Positions 55,567-64,000 of a stretch of DNA of 64,000 nucleotides are shown piece by piece (the first letter of the stretch is position 1; each line of letters begins with the position of its first letter). The stretch is from Parabacteroides distasonis (GTDB lineage Bacteria > Bacillota_I > Bacilli_A > Acholeplasmatales > Anaeroplasmataceae): contig CAVFNL010000041.1 of NCBI GenBank assembly GCA_963623875.1, positions 14,205-78,204 of the forward strand. The letters are read 5' to 3'. The notes under the pieces were generated by a model. That model was not told the origin of the DNA. It ran no database searches and saw only the letters and a list, made by a program, of their open reading frames with translations. The position numbers were made by a program, and so were the translations under genes.

Positions 55567-56835
55567 ATGAATGTTATTATAACTCCAAACAAATTAGAAG
55601 GTAATGTTATAGTTCCACCTTCAAAAAGCTTATCTCATAGAGCGATAATTGCGGCCTCTTTAGCTGAAGGGCGAAGTAAAATATCAAATATTATATATAG
55701 TGAAGATATTATTGCGACAATAAACGCTATGGAAGGTTTAGGAGCACATATAGAAAAACATGATGATTATTTAATAATAAATGGATCTAAGCCTAAAAGA
55801 ATAAGTAATATAATAGATGCGAATGAATCTGGGTCTACAATTCGTTTTATGATTCCTATTGCGCTTGTTGTTGATAGTCCCGTAGAATTTATGGGTAAAA
55901 ATAATTTGGTAAATAGACCATTAGATGTATTTACTGACCTATTTGATGAATTTGGTATTAAATATGAACGTGGTGAAAAATATTTACCTATGAAGGTATA
56001 TAATGGCTTAAAGCCTGGAGTATATAAAATAAGAGGAGATATTTCATCACAATTTATTACAGGTCTTTTATATGCTTTACCACTTCTGAGCGGAGATTCT
56101 AAGATTGTGATTACAACAGCATTAGAATCAAAAGGATACATTGATCTTACAATGGATGTTTTAAAGAAGTTTGGTATTGAAATAAAAACTGATGATTATA
56201 CAACTTTTGATATTAAGGGAAATCAAACATATAAACCACAAGATTATACTGTAGAAGGAGACTATTCACAAGCGGCATTTTTTGCGGTTGCTAATACCTT
56301 GGGTGCAAATCTTAATATCCTTTGTATGAATGAAGATTCATATCAAGGTGATAAGAAGATTATTCTAGATATTAATTCTTTTAAAGGTAATGCCTATTTC
56401 AAAGAAGGTATGTTAAAAGTAGATTCTCTTGAGACAAAAGGTGCTGTAATTGATTTTAAAAATTCACCTGACTTAGGACCTATTGAAACAGTTCTTGCAG
56501 CATTATCAAAAGGACATTCAACATTTACATCTATTGAACGTCTTCGTATTAAAGAATGTGATAGGGTAAAAGCAATGGAAGAAGAACTTAATAAAATGGG
56601 CGCAAAAGTATATGATAATGGTGATACTATGGAAATTGATGGTGTTGATATGCTAAATGGCGCAATGGACTTAGATTCTCATAATGATCATAGAATAGTA
56701 ATGGCATTATCAATAGCTTCACTTAAAACTAACGGTAAAATAAGAATTTTAAATGCTGGAGCTATCAAAAAGAGTTTCCCACATTTCTTTAACGTGTTTG
56801 AAAGCATAGGAGGAATTGTTGAATATGAAGAATAA
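55567..56835 (+). CDS. aroA: 3-phosphoshikimate 1-carboxyvinyltransferase (EPSP synthase)
   Basis: PPSKSLSHRA, GSTIRF, NRP and DHRIVMA motifs. Confidence 0.93.
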   Translation: MNVIITPNKLEGNVIVPPSKSLSHRAIIAASLAEGRSKISNIIYSEDIIATINAMEGLGAHIEKHDDYLIINGSKPKRISNIIDANESGSTIRFMIPIALVVDSPVEFMGKNNLVNRPLDVFTDLFDEFGIKYERGEKYLPMKVYNGLKPGVYKIRGDISSQFITGLLYALPLLSGDSKIVITTALESKGYIDLTMDVLKKFGIEIKTDDYTTFDIKGNQTYKPQDYTVEGDYSQAAFFAVANTLGANLNILCMNEDSYQGDKKIILDINSFKGNAYFKEGMLKVDSLETKGAVIDFKNSPDLGPIETVLAALSKGHSTFTSIERLRIKECDRVKAMEEELNKMGAKVYDNGDTMEIDGVDMLNGAMDLDSHNDHRIVMALSIASLKTNGKIRILNAGAIKKSFPHFFNVFESIGGIVEYEE

Positions 56836-57100
56836 ACTAGAATCTGCAAGAGAAGTAATTAATTCTGTTGATTTAGAAATGATAGAATTGTTTAAAAAAA
56901 GAATGAAGGCTGTATCTGATGTTGTTTCTTATAAAATAGAAAATAATCTTCCTGTACTTGATTCTTCTAGAGAAAGTATATTACTAAATAAAAATTTAGA
57001 AGCATTAAATGATAAAGAATTAGAAGAATATTATCTTACTTTTTTTGAAGGAGTATTAAAATCTTCAAAAGATTATCAAAAGAAGATTAAAGGAGAATAG
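56825..57100 (+). CDS. chorismate mutase (AroQ class, monofunctional)
   Basis: ATG 56825 after AGGAGG, overlapping the aroA stop. LESAREVINSVDLEMIELFKKRMKAVSDVVSYKIENNLPVLDSSRE is a typical AroQ helix pattern. Confidence 0.8.
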   Translation: MKNKLESAREVINSVDLEMIELFKKRMKAVSDVVSYKIENNLPVLDSSRESILLNKNLEALNDKELEEYYLTFFEGVLKSSKDYQKKIKGE

Positions 57101-57101
57101 T

Positions 57102-57875
57102 ATGAAAACATTTGCACTATTAGGTGAACATTTGTCACATAGTTATTCACCTATAATTCAAAAAAAATTGTTTCAGTTTAAAGGGCTTGATTATGATTAT
57201 AAACTTTTAGAAATTAAGGAAGATGAAATAAAAAATACTTTAGACTTGTTAAAAGAAGGAGTATATTCAGGATTCAATGTCACAATCCCTTACAAAAAAG
57301 AGGTTATGAAATATTTGGATGAAATATCAGAAGAAGCAAAAACCATAGGGGCAGTAAATACTATAAAATGTGTTGAAGGGAAATTAATTGGATATAATAC
57401 TGATTATTTTGGCTTTATCGAAGAATTAAAATTTTATGGTATAGATGTGGAAAACAAGAAATGTTATGTACTTGGTACAGGAGGAGCATCACTTGCGGTA
57501 AATAAAGCACTTTTAGATTTAGGAGCACAAACAATTTCTGTATCAAGAAATAAGAATATAAATACTATCACATATGATGAATTAAAAATAAATTCTAATG
57601 ATATTATAGTAAATACTACTCCTGTTGGAATGTATCCTAACACAAAACAAAGTCCGCTTGATAGTACTACTGCAGAAGTAGCATCGACTATAGTAGATAT
57701 TATTTTTAATCCAAATGTGACTAAACTTATGAGCTATAACAAAAATAGTTATAATGGTATTATGATGTTAATAGGTCAAGCTAAAAAAGCTCAAGATATA
57801 TGGCTTTCTGAAGAAGTAGATGTGGATTATAAAGCTATGCTTGATTATTTAAAAGGGGTGATTTCTTGTGAATAG
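57102..57875 (+). CDS. aroE: shikimate dehydrogenase
   Basis: SYSP, NVTIPYK, GAVNT and NTDYFGF motifs, plus the GTGGAS NADP site. Confidence 0.9.
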   Translation: MKTFALLGEHLSHSYSPIIQKKLFQFKGLDYDYKLLEIKEDEIKNTLDLLKEGVYSGFNVTIPYKKEVMKYLDEISEEAKTIGAVNTIKCVEGKLIGYNTDYFGFIEELKFYGIDVENKKCYVLGTGGASLAVNKALLDLGAQTISVSRNKNINTITYDELKINSNDIIVNTTPVGMYPNTKQSPLDSTTAEVASTIVDIIFNPNVTKLMSYNKNSYNGIMMLIGQAKKAQDIWLSEEVDVDYKAMLDYLKGVISCE

Positions 57876-58878
57876 TTTTGGAAGGCTATTTAGAGTATCT
57901 ATTTATGGTGAATCGCATGGAAAATCTATTGGTGTTGTAGTAGATGGTGTGAAAAGCGGTATTAAATTGTCAGAAGAAGATTTCTTAAAAGATCTTTTAA
58001 GAAGAAAGTCAGGAGGACTTGGTACAACACCACGTATTGAAGATGATTTAGTTTTAATTGAGTCAGGCGTATTTAACGGATACACAACAGGAGCACCAAT
58101 TTCTTTAAGATTTGTAAATAATAATACTAAGAGTAAAGATTATTCTAATCTAGTAACACATCCAAGACCAGGACATGCTGATTTTACAGCATCTAAAAAA
58201 TATGATGGATTTAATGATTATAGAGGTGGCGGACATTTCAGTGGAAGAATTACACTAGGAATAGTAGCGGCAGGTGTTATTGCAAAAAAGATGCTTAAAG
58301 ATGTCTCTTTTGAAACGAAGATAATAAATCTTTGTGGAGAAACAGATCAATCAAAGTTCCAAGATATTTTAAAGAATGCAGTAGAAACACATGATTCAGT
58401 CGGTGGAATAGTTGAAGTTATAATAAATGGAGTTAAAGTAGGACTAGGTGAACCATATTTTGATTCACTTGAATCAACAATATCACACTTGATGTTTTCG
58501 ATTGGTGCAGTAAAAGGAATCGAATTCGGTACCGGATTTGATGGAGCATCATTGAAAGGTTCAGAATTTAATGATAAAATAATAGATGAGAGTGGAAAGA
58601 CTAGTACAAATAATAATGGTGGAATAAATGGTGGAATTTCAAATGGCAATCCAATTGATTTAAAAGTATTTATAAAACCAACACCAAGTATAGGATTGCC
58701 TCAGAAGACGTATGACTTTAAAGAAAACAAAGTATCAGAACTTATAATTGAAGGACGTCATGACTCAGCAATTATAGTCAGAGCCTTAGTATGCTTAGAA
58801 GCAGCATGTGCAATAGCATTATGTGATGCATATCTAATAGATAATGCTTATAAAAATAAAGAAGAAGGAGAATTTTAA
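57868..58878 (+). CDS. aroC: chorismate synthase
   Basis: GTG start after AAGGGGTGA. FGRLFRVSIYGESHG, RRKSGG, RPGHADF, GGGHFSGR and EGRHDS motifs. Confidence 0.92.
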   Translation: MNSFGRLFRVSIYGESHGKSIGVVVDGVKSGIKLSEEDFLKDLLRRKSGGLGTTPRIEDDLVLIESGVFNGYTTGAPISLRFVNNNTKSKDYSNLVTHPRPGHADFTASKKYDGFNDYRGGGHFSGRITLGIVAAGVIAKKMLKDVSFETKIINLCGETDQSKFQDILKNAVETHDSVGGIVEVIINGVKVGLGEPYFDSLESTISHLMFSIGAVKGIEFGTGFDGASLKGSEFNDKIIDESGKTSTNNNGGINGGISNGNPIDLKVFIKPTPSIGLPQKTYDFKENKVSELIIEGRHDSAIIVRALVCLEAACAIALCDAYLIDNAYKNKEEGEF

Positions 58879-58880
58879 AA

Positions 58881-59843
58881 ATGAGTAATAAAAGAATCGC
58901 AATCGTAGGAGCAGGTCCAGCAGGACTTGCGGCAGCAAAAGAATTACTTACTGCGGGATATAGCGTTGATATTTTTGATAAGGAAAATTTTGCAGGAGGA
59001 GTAATGGCATTTGGAATTCCATCATTTAGATTTAAGATGGATGCAATTAAAAAGCAAGTGGAGCCTGTTGAAACTCTTGGTGGAAAATTCCACTTCGGAG
59101 CTGATTTAAAAGAATCAGATTTCTTAAAGATGGCAGAAGAATATGATTATGTATATTTAGCATACGGACTTACAAAAGTAAGACATTTAGGAGTGCCAGG
59201 AGACGATCTTGAAGGATCACTTAATGCCTTAGAATTCTTAAGACAATACAACTTTGATGACAAATTAAATCTTACGACAACACGTCCAGTACTTCATGGA
59301 ACAGTTGTAGTTGTAGGAGCTGGAAATGTTGCGATGGACGCAGCTAGAGTAGCTACTCGTTGTAATGCAGATAAAACTATTATTGCATATCGTCGTTCTC
59401 GTGATGAAGCACCATGTACAAAGGCTGAAATGGATCAAGCTGAAGGTGATGGGGTAATAATGCAATTCTTAACTAACCCTGTTGAAGTAATTGGTGAAAA
59501 CGGAAAAGTTAAGGCAGTTAAATGTGAAATTATGACTCTTTCTGAGCCAGATGAATCAGGACGTAAAAAACCAGTTGGTACTGGAGAATATACAACAATT
59601 GAATGTGATTATGTAATTTCTGCAATTGGACAAATTCCTGATACTTCAATCTATAACGTTGGACGCCTTGAAACAGATCACGGATATCTAAAAGCAGTTT
59701 CAAATGTTGGTGAATCTTTCCAAACATCTGTTGAAAATATCTACACAGGTGGAGATATTGTAAAAGGAGCTAAGACAATTGGAGTAGCTTTAAAGTGTGG
59801 AAAAGATTTTGCAAAAATGGTAATTGCAGCTGATCAACAATAA
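58881..59843 (+). CDS. GltD/PreT-like FAD/NAD(P)-binding oxidoreductase lacking the N-terminal Fe-S domain
   Basis: RIAIVGAGPAGLAAA and VVVVGAGNVAMDAARVA dinucleotide folds, GGVMAFGIPSFRF, and a GGD motif. It starts 2 nt after the aroC stop. Confidence 0.75.
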   Translation: MSNKRIAIVGAGPAGLAAAKELLTAGYSVDIFDKENFAGGVMAFGIPSFRFKMDAIKKQVEPVETLGGKFHFGADLKESDFLKMAEEYDYVYLAYGLTKVRHLGVPGDDLEGSLNALEFLRQYNFDDKLNLTTTRPVLHGTVVVVGAGNVAMDAARVATRCNADKTIIAYRRSRDEAPCTKAEMDQAEGDGVIMQFLTNPVEVIGENGKVKAVKCEIMTLSEPDESGRKKPVGTGEYTTIECDYVISAIGQIPDTSIYNVGRLETDHGYLKAVSNVGESFQTSVENIYTGGDIVKGAKTIGVALKCGKDFAKMVIAADQQ

Positions 59844-59862
59844 TAAAATAAATCAAAAGTAG

Positions 59863-59889
59863 AATGGCACTAGAAATAGTGCCATTTTT
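59863..59889 (+). terminator. rho-independent terminator of the aro operon
   Basis: AATGGCACT (59863-59871) / AGTGCCATT (59878-59886) stem then TTT. Confidence 0.7.
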
Positions 59890-60043
59890 AATAACATAGA
59901 TAAAAAATAGACATTTAAATAAATTTAATATATTATTTTATAAAACGTGTGATTTTTTATAAAAAAGAAGTTAAATTTAATTGATTTTTTTGCTTAAAGA
60001 AATGTATAATAAATTAAAGAAAAAAAACTAAGAGGTGAAGGGC

Positions 60044-61237
60044 ATGTTATTAATTACAAGTAAACTTATGGGTGAAATAATTTGTGGAGTTTGTATAGGA
60101 TTATTAGTGATTCTAATTATATGTGCAATTGTGTCGAAAACTCCAAATAAAAAAGATTCTAAAGAAGTTGTAAAAGAAGACGAGAAAGAGAACCAAGATT
60201 CAAAAGAAGAAAAACAAGAAGAGGAAGAAACTCCTGCTCAAGAAACTGAATCTGAAGATGAGGCAGAAGAAATAGAAGAAGATGAAGAGGTAGAAGATAC
60301 CAAAACTGAAGAAGAGTCAGAAGAAGTTGAAGAGGAAGAAACTCCTGCTCAAGAAACTGAATTTGAAGATGAGGCAGAAGAGATAGAAGATAATGATGAT
60401 GACGAAATTGAAATAATAGAAGAGCCTAAAGCTGAAGAAGAAGTTGAAGAAATAGATGCTGAAGAAGAAAAATCTTTGAATTCTATAGAAACTGCAAATA
60501 ATTCTGCTAATGCAAGATATGCTGGTAAGTATATAATTACTATAGATGATACTGGATATAGATTCAAATTAGTAGCATCAAATGGACAATCATTAATTGT
60601 TTCTGAAGCATATACAACAGAAGCAGGATGCCGTAGAGGAATTGATACAATAAAGAGAAATGTTCAAGCTGGACAAGTTAAGATTGATGCAGACAAGCAT
60701 AATCTATATTTCTTCACATTAGTATCTAAACAAAATAGAATCTTAGCTCAATCAGCTTCTTATAAAGCAAAAGATTCAGCTGTAAGAGCATCTGAATCAT
60801 TTAAGAAGTTTGCTTTAACAGACAACATTGTTGTTGATGAAGAAAGCAAAAAAGCATCGAATGCTGAAATTGTAAACATTGAAGCTGAAGTAAAAGATGG
60901 TGGAGAATATACTATTGAACAAAATCCACATGGATTCATCTATGTGTTAAAAGCATCCAATGGAGTTAAGATTGTTACATCTCAAGACTATAGTTCATTA
61001 AATGCTGCAAAAGAAGCATATGAAAGATTTAAAGATGCAGTATATAATGGGGAATGGCAAATTGTAAAGGATAAGAATTCAAATTATCAATTCAAGTTAT
61101 ATCTAAGAAGAAGACTTGTTGTTGCGGGTGAATTATATCAATCAAAAGATCAAGTAAAGAGTACAATAGCATCAATTAAATCATGGGCTAAAAATGCTAC
61201 TTACGAAACACCAAATTTTGAAAACAATCAACAATAA
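60044..61237 (+). CDS. membrane-anchored protein with poly-acidic linker and four YegP-like (DUF1508) domains
   Basis: AAGAGGTGA SD then ATG 60044. TM IICGVCIGLLVILIICAIV. About 110 aa of E/D-rich linker. Four units matching the YegP pattern (YRFKLVASNGQSLIVSEAYTTEAGCRRGIDTIKRNV, LYFFTLVSKQNRILAQSASY..., FIYVLKASNGVKIVTSQDYSS..., YQFKLYLRRRLVVAGELYQS...). Confidence 0.75.
   Translation: MLLITSKLMGEIICGVCIGLLVILIICAIVSKTPNKKDSKEVVKEDEKENQDSKEEKQEEEETPAQETESEDEAEEIEEDEEVEDTKTEEESEEVEEEETPAQETEFEDEAEEIEDNDDDEIEIIEEPKAEEEVEEIDAEEEKSLNSIETANNSANARYAGKYIITIDDTGYRFKLVASNGQSLIVSEAYTTEAGCRRGIDTIKRNVQAGQVKIDADKHNLYFFTLVSKQNRILAQSASYKAKDSAVRASESFKKFALTDNIVVDEESKKASNAEIVNIEAEVKDGGEYTIEQNPHGFIYVLKASNGVKIVTSQDYSSLNAAKEAYERFKDAVYNGEWQIVKDKNSNYQFKLYLRRRLVVAGELYQSKDQVKSTIASIKSWAKNATYETPNFENNQQ
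60221..60390 (+). repeat. 111-bp-offset direct repeat within the acidic linker coding region
   Basis: 59-nt block GAGGAAGAAACTCCTGCTCAAGAAACTGAAT(C/T)TGAAGATGAGGCAGAAGA(A/G)ATAGAAGA occurs at 60221-60279 and 60332-60390 (57/59 identical). It encodes EEETPAQETE(S/F)EDEAEEIE. Confidence 0.85.
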
Positions 61238-61242
61238 TATTT

Positions 61243-61273
61243 AAGGTATGAGCGACAACCTCATACCTTTTTT
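61243..61273 (+). terminator. rho-independent terminator
   Basis: AAGGTATGAG (61243-61252) / CTCATACCTT (61260-61269) stem then TTTT. Confidence 0.8.
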
Positions 61274-61293
61274 ATACTTTTAAAAAAAAGTGC

Positions 61294-61322
61294 TTGCATA
61301 CTATAAATCGTTATGCTATAAT
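61294..61322 (+). promoter_or_regulatory. promoter of the tRNA cluster
   Basis: TTGCAT (61294-61299), 17 nt spacer, TATAAT (61317-61322). Confidence 0.65.
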
Positions 61323-61347
61323 TAAAGGGCTGTTAAAGATAATAAAT

Positions 61348-61424
61348 GGTCCGGTAGTTCAGTTGGTTAGAATGCCTGCCTGTCACGCAGGAGGTCGCGA
61401 GTTCGAGTCTCGTCCGGACCGCCA
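61348..61424 (+). tRNA. trnD: tRNA-Asp (GTC), CCA encoded
   Basis: GGTCCGG/CCGGACC acceptor, anticodon stem CCTGC/GCAGG, loop CTGTCAC, T-arm GTTCGAGTC. Confidence 0.93.
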
Positions 61425-61448
61425 CTTGTTTTTAACAAAATTTAATAT

Positions 61449-61525
61449 GCACTCATAGATCAATTGGATAGATCGTTTGACTACGGATCAAAAGGTTGAG
61501 GGTTCGAGCCCTTCTGGGTGCGCCA
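61449..61525 (+). tRNA. trnR: tRNA-Arg (ACG), CCA encoded
   Basis: GCACTCA/TGGGTGC acceptor, anticodon stem TTTGA/TCAAA, loop CTACGGA, T-arm GAGGG-TTCGAGC-CCTTC. Confidence 0.92.
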
Positions 61526-61531
61526 TATTTT

Positions 61532-61607
61532 GGAGGTTTAGCTCAGTTGGGAGAGCATCTGCCTTACAAGCAGAGGGTCAGCGGTTCGAGCCCGTTAACC
61601 TCCACCA
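61532..61607 (+). tRNA. trnV: tRNA-Val (TAC), CCA encoded
   Basis: GGAGGTT/AACCTCC acceptor, anticodon stem TCTGC/GCAGA, loop CTTACAA. Confidence 0.92.
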
Positions 61608-61618
61608 TTTTTATATAT

Positions 61619-61694
61619 GCCGACATAGCTCAATTGGCAGAGCAACTGACTTGTAATCAGTAGGTTGAGGGTTCGATTCCTTTTGTCGGCACCA
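61619..61694 (+). tRNA. trnT: tRNA-Thr (TGT), CCA encoded
   Basis: GCCGACA/TGTCGGC acceptor, anticodon stem ACTGA/TCAGT, loop CTTGTAA. Confidence 0.92.
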
Positions 61695-61705
61695 TTTTAT
61701 GTAGT

Positions 61706-61733
61706 AGACTTAGTTAATAAGTCTTTTTTTTTG
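61706..61733 (+). terminator. terminator of the tRNA cluster
   Basis: AGACTTA (61706-61712) / TAAGTCT (61718-61724) stem then T9. Confidence 0.8.
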
Positions 61734-61861
61734 ACTATTTTTATTTTAACATAGAGTGCTTTAATATATATTTAATTTTTTTAAAATGATTAAAAATATA
61801 AAGAAATATTTCAAATAAATATGATATAATTTTTTTAGTTAATGAAAGAAGAGGATTTAAA

Positions 61862-62884
61862 ATGATTTGTTTTTTAAATGATTATAATTGTATCGGCTCA
61901 AGTGAAATACTCGAAGCTCTTGCTAAATATAGTAAGGAAAATAATTATGGATATGGCAAAGATTATCATACCGCTAATGCTATAAAATATATTAGAGAAG
62001 AAATGGAAAAACCTAATGCAGATGTTTATTTTCTTGTAGGTGGAACGGTTACTAATAGAGTAGGCCTTTATCAAATGTTAAGGCCATATGAAGCAGTTAT
62101 TGGGGTTGAAAGCGGTCATATTAATGTCCATGAAACAGGTGCAGTTGAGTCAACAGGACATAAAGTTTTAACAGCGGAAGGACATAATGGTAAATTATCA
62201 TCACAAGATATTTTAAATATATTAAATGACCATCAAGATAATCATAAAGTATTACCACGTGCTGTTTATATTTCACAACCAACTGAAATAGGTACTATTT
62301 ATTCTAAAAAAGAAATTGAAGAAATTCGTGCAGTATGTACGAAGAATGATTTATATTTATTTATAGATGGTGCAAGACTTGGATGCGCATTAATGTGCGA
62401 TGATAATGATTTGACATTAAAAGATTTAGCATCTAATGCTGATATATTCTATATTGGTGGGACAAAAAATGGCGCACCATTTGGAGAAGCACTTATTATA
62501 TTATGCGATGAATTAAAAAAGAATTTTTCGTATTTAATAAAAAATCAAGGTGCATTACTTGCAAAAGGATATATTTCAGGAATTATATTTGAAGAATTCT
62601 TTAAGGATGGATTGTACTATAGAAATGCTAAAAATAGTGTAGTTATGGCAAAACGTCTTAGAGAAGTATTTAATAGCCATGGAATAAAAGAAGCTTACAT
62701 AAATCCTACTAATCAAGTGTTTGTGAGCCTTGATAAAGAAAAGTTTGATAAATTATCTGAAACTATAATGTTTGAAAAATGGGAAGAAAAAGATGGTAAA
62801 ATAATATCTAGGTTTGTTACTAATTTTAATACATCAAAAGATGATATAAGCAAATTAAATGAAACTTTAAACAAGATTATTTAA
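61862..62884 (+). CDS. PLP-dependent threonine aldolase-like (beta-eliminating lyase family) enzyme
   Basis: FLNDY..., GGTVTN, SQPTEIGTIY, DGARLG, and GGTKNG with the putative PLP lysine. Confidence 0.75.
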   Translation: MICFLNDYNCIGSSEILEALAKYSKENNYGYGKDYHTANAIKYIREEMEKPNADVYFLVGGTVTNRVGLYQMLRPYEAVIGVESGHINVHETGAVESTGHKVLTAEGHNGKLSSQDILNILNDHQDNHKVLPRAVYISQPTEIGTIYSKKEIEEIRAVCTKNDLYLFIDGARLGCALMCDDNDLTLKDLASNADIFYIGGTKNGAPFGEALIILCDELKKNFSYLIKNQGALLAKGYISGIIFEEFFKDGLYYRNAKNSVVMAKRLREVFNSHGIKEAYINPTNQVFVSLDKEKFDKLSETIMFEKWEEKDGKIISRFVTNFNTSKDDISKLNETLNKII

Positions 62885-62991
62885 TGATATAAAATTATAT
62901 AAAAAATAGATGAAAAAAAACATAATTGACTATAAAAAATCTATTCATATATTTTCTAAAAAATTGTATAATAATTATAGAGGTGATTATT

Positions 62992-64000
62992 ATGCGTAAA
63001 ACAAAAATTATATGTACTTTAGGTCCTGCTTCAGATTCATATGAAGTATTAAAAGAAGCTTTTAAGGCTGGACTTGATTGCGCTAGATTAAACTTTTCAC
63101 ATGGAACATATGATGAAAAGAAAGAAAAAATTGATTTAATTCATAGATTAAATGAAGAATTAGGAACTAATGTTCCAGTTATGCTTGATACAAAAGGACC
63201 TGAAATAAGAGTCCGTAATTTTGAAGGAGATAAAATCCTTTTAAATGAAGGGGATGAATTTAGACTATCTCCAGATAAAGATTTACTTGGTAATTCTAAG
63301 ATTTGTGGACTAACATATCCTGATCTTGCAGACTATGTAAAAGTGGGTAATAAGATACTTGTCGATGATGGTAAAATTCAACTTGTAGTTACAGGAATTG
63401 AAGACAGAGTACTTGTAACTAAAGTGTTAAATAGTGGAAGTATTTCTAACCATAAGTCTATTAATATTCCAGATGTAATAGTAAATATGCCTTATCTATC
63501 AGAAGTAGATAAGAATGATATTATTTTTGGATGTGAGAATAACGTTGACTATATTGCGGCATCATTCGTGCGTCGTAGACAAGATATTCTTGATTTAAAA
63601 GAATTATTACATGAGCATGGTGGAGATGATATTAAGATTATATCTAAGATTGAAAACACAGAAGGTGTTTCAAATATGGATGATATCATTGATGAATCAG
63701 ATGGAATAATGGTTGCTCGTGGTGATTTAGGAGTTGAAGTTGCATATAAGAAACTTCCATCAATTCAAAAAGATATGATAAATAGATGTTATCATAAAGG
63801 AAAACTTGTTGTAACAGCAACTCAAATGCTTGATTCAATGCAACAAAATCCACGTCCTACACGTGCTGAAGTATCAGATGTTGCGAATGCTGTTTATGAT
63901 TCAACATCATGTACAATGTTATCAGGTGAAACAGCTGCTGGTAAATATCCTATTGAAGCTATTAAAGCAATGAGCGATATTGATAGATATGCTGAAGAAG
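62992..64000 (+). CDS. pyk: pyruvate kinase (5' part, runs off the window)
   Basis: Not in the ORF track because there is no stop in the window. AGAGGTGA SD then ATG 62992. Translation [38 protein letters not shown]...[11 protein letters not shown]...[11 protein letters not shown] carries pyruvate kinase signatures. Confidence 0.92.
   Translation, partial: MRKTKIICTLGPASDSYEVLKEAFKAGLDCARLNFSHGTYDEKKEKIDLIHRLNEELGTNVPVMLDTKGPEIRVRNFEGDKILLNEGDEFRLSPDKDLLGNSKICGLTYPDLADYVKVGNKILVDDGKIQLVVTGIEDRVLVTKVLNSGSISNHKSINIPDVIVNMPYLSEVDKNDIIFGCENNVDYIAASFVRRRQDILDLKELLHEHGGDDIKIISKIENTEGVSNMDDIIDESDGIMVARGDLGVEVAYKKLPSIQKDMINRCYHKGKLVVTATQMLDSMQQNPRPTRAEVSDVANAVYDSTSCTMLSGETAAGKYPIEAIKAMSDIDRYAEE

Noticed and set aside
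55767-56141. 124-aa minus-strand ORF. Similar antisense ORFs occur at 45045-45371, 43156-43374, 47882-48115, 58347-58649, 57903-58085, 59265-59465 and 59530-59727.
   Set aside because: All are antisense to strongly conserved enzyme genes (aroA, uxaA, uxaB, mscS, aroC, GltD-like).
60150-60480. GA-rich periodic sequence that superficially looks like a non-coding tandem or CRISPR-like repeat.
   Set aside because: It is in frame within a continuous ORF encoding a Glu/Asp-rich linker. There are only two copies of a 59-nt block, and no spacer/repeat architecture.

Overview
Strongly AT-rich chromosomal segment, coded almost entirely on the plus strand. It comes from a low-GC Gram-positive-lineage bacterium (Bacillota/Mycoplasmatota-like). 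Support for that placement: several lipoproteins with L-x-S-C lipoboxes and Bacillus-type synteny (rpiB-atpIBEFHAGDC-ywzB, yycJ-rlmH). The code is standard: TGA terminates atpI and yycJ, and Trp is TGG.

Gene order:
- a small exported protein;
- an intact tRNA-Trp plus a truncated second copy;
- a giant CvpA-like repeat protein;
- tRNA-His;
- a membrane protein coupled to galU;
- a MocR regulator divergent from a transporter-like gene;
- a pectin/oligogalacturonide locus: a beta-propeller protein, CE8 pectinesterase, an LplABC-type ABC importer with an 800-aa binding lipoprotein, its own ATPase, five unknown membrane proteins, and a GH28 hydrolase;
- rpiB and a complete F-type ATP synthase operon whose c subunit carries a Na+-type motif;
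- yigZ;
- a CCA-adding enzyme fused to a YhaM-type exoribonuclease;
- two tandem giant PrsA/SurA-like lipoproteins;
- yycJ-rlmH, uxaBAC, mscS, an AEC transporter and leuS;
- two TasA/camelysin-like exported proteins;
- a partial shikimate/tyrosine operon (tyrA-aroB-aroA-CM-aroE-aroC) ending in a truncated GltD-like flavoprotein;
- a membrane-tethered 4x YegP (DUF1508) protein;
- a tRNA cluster (Asp-Arg-Val-Thr), a threonine-aldolase-like gene and the 5' part of pyk.

I saw no rRNA, CRISPR array, transposase, integrase, phage gene or recognisable defence gene. The window is mostly housekeeping.

The best candidates for undescribed biology:
- the ABC-importer operon interleaved with unknown polytopic membrane proteins (14.0-23.0 kb);
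- the CCA/YhaM fusion (33.5-35.5 kb);
- the giant double-parvulin lipoprotein pair (35.6-41.4 kb);
- the CvpA-anchored repeat protein (1.4-5.0 kb);
- the aroC-coupled GltD-like reductase;
- the decayed, promoter-bearing tRNA-Trp half.

All functional calls rest on motif recognition by eye. No database search was run.
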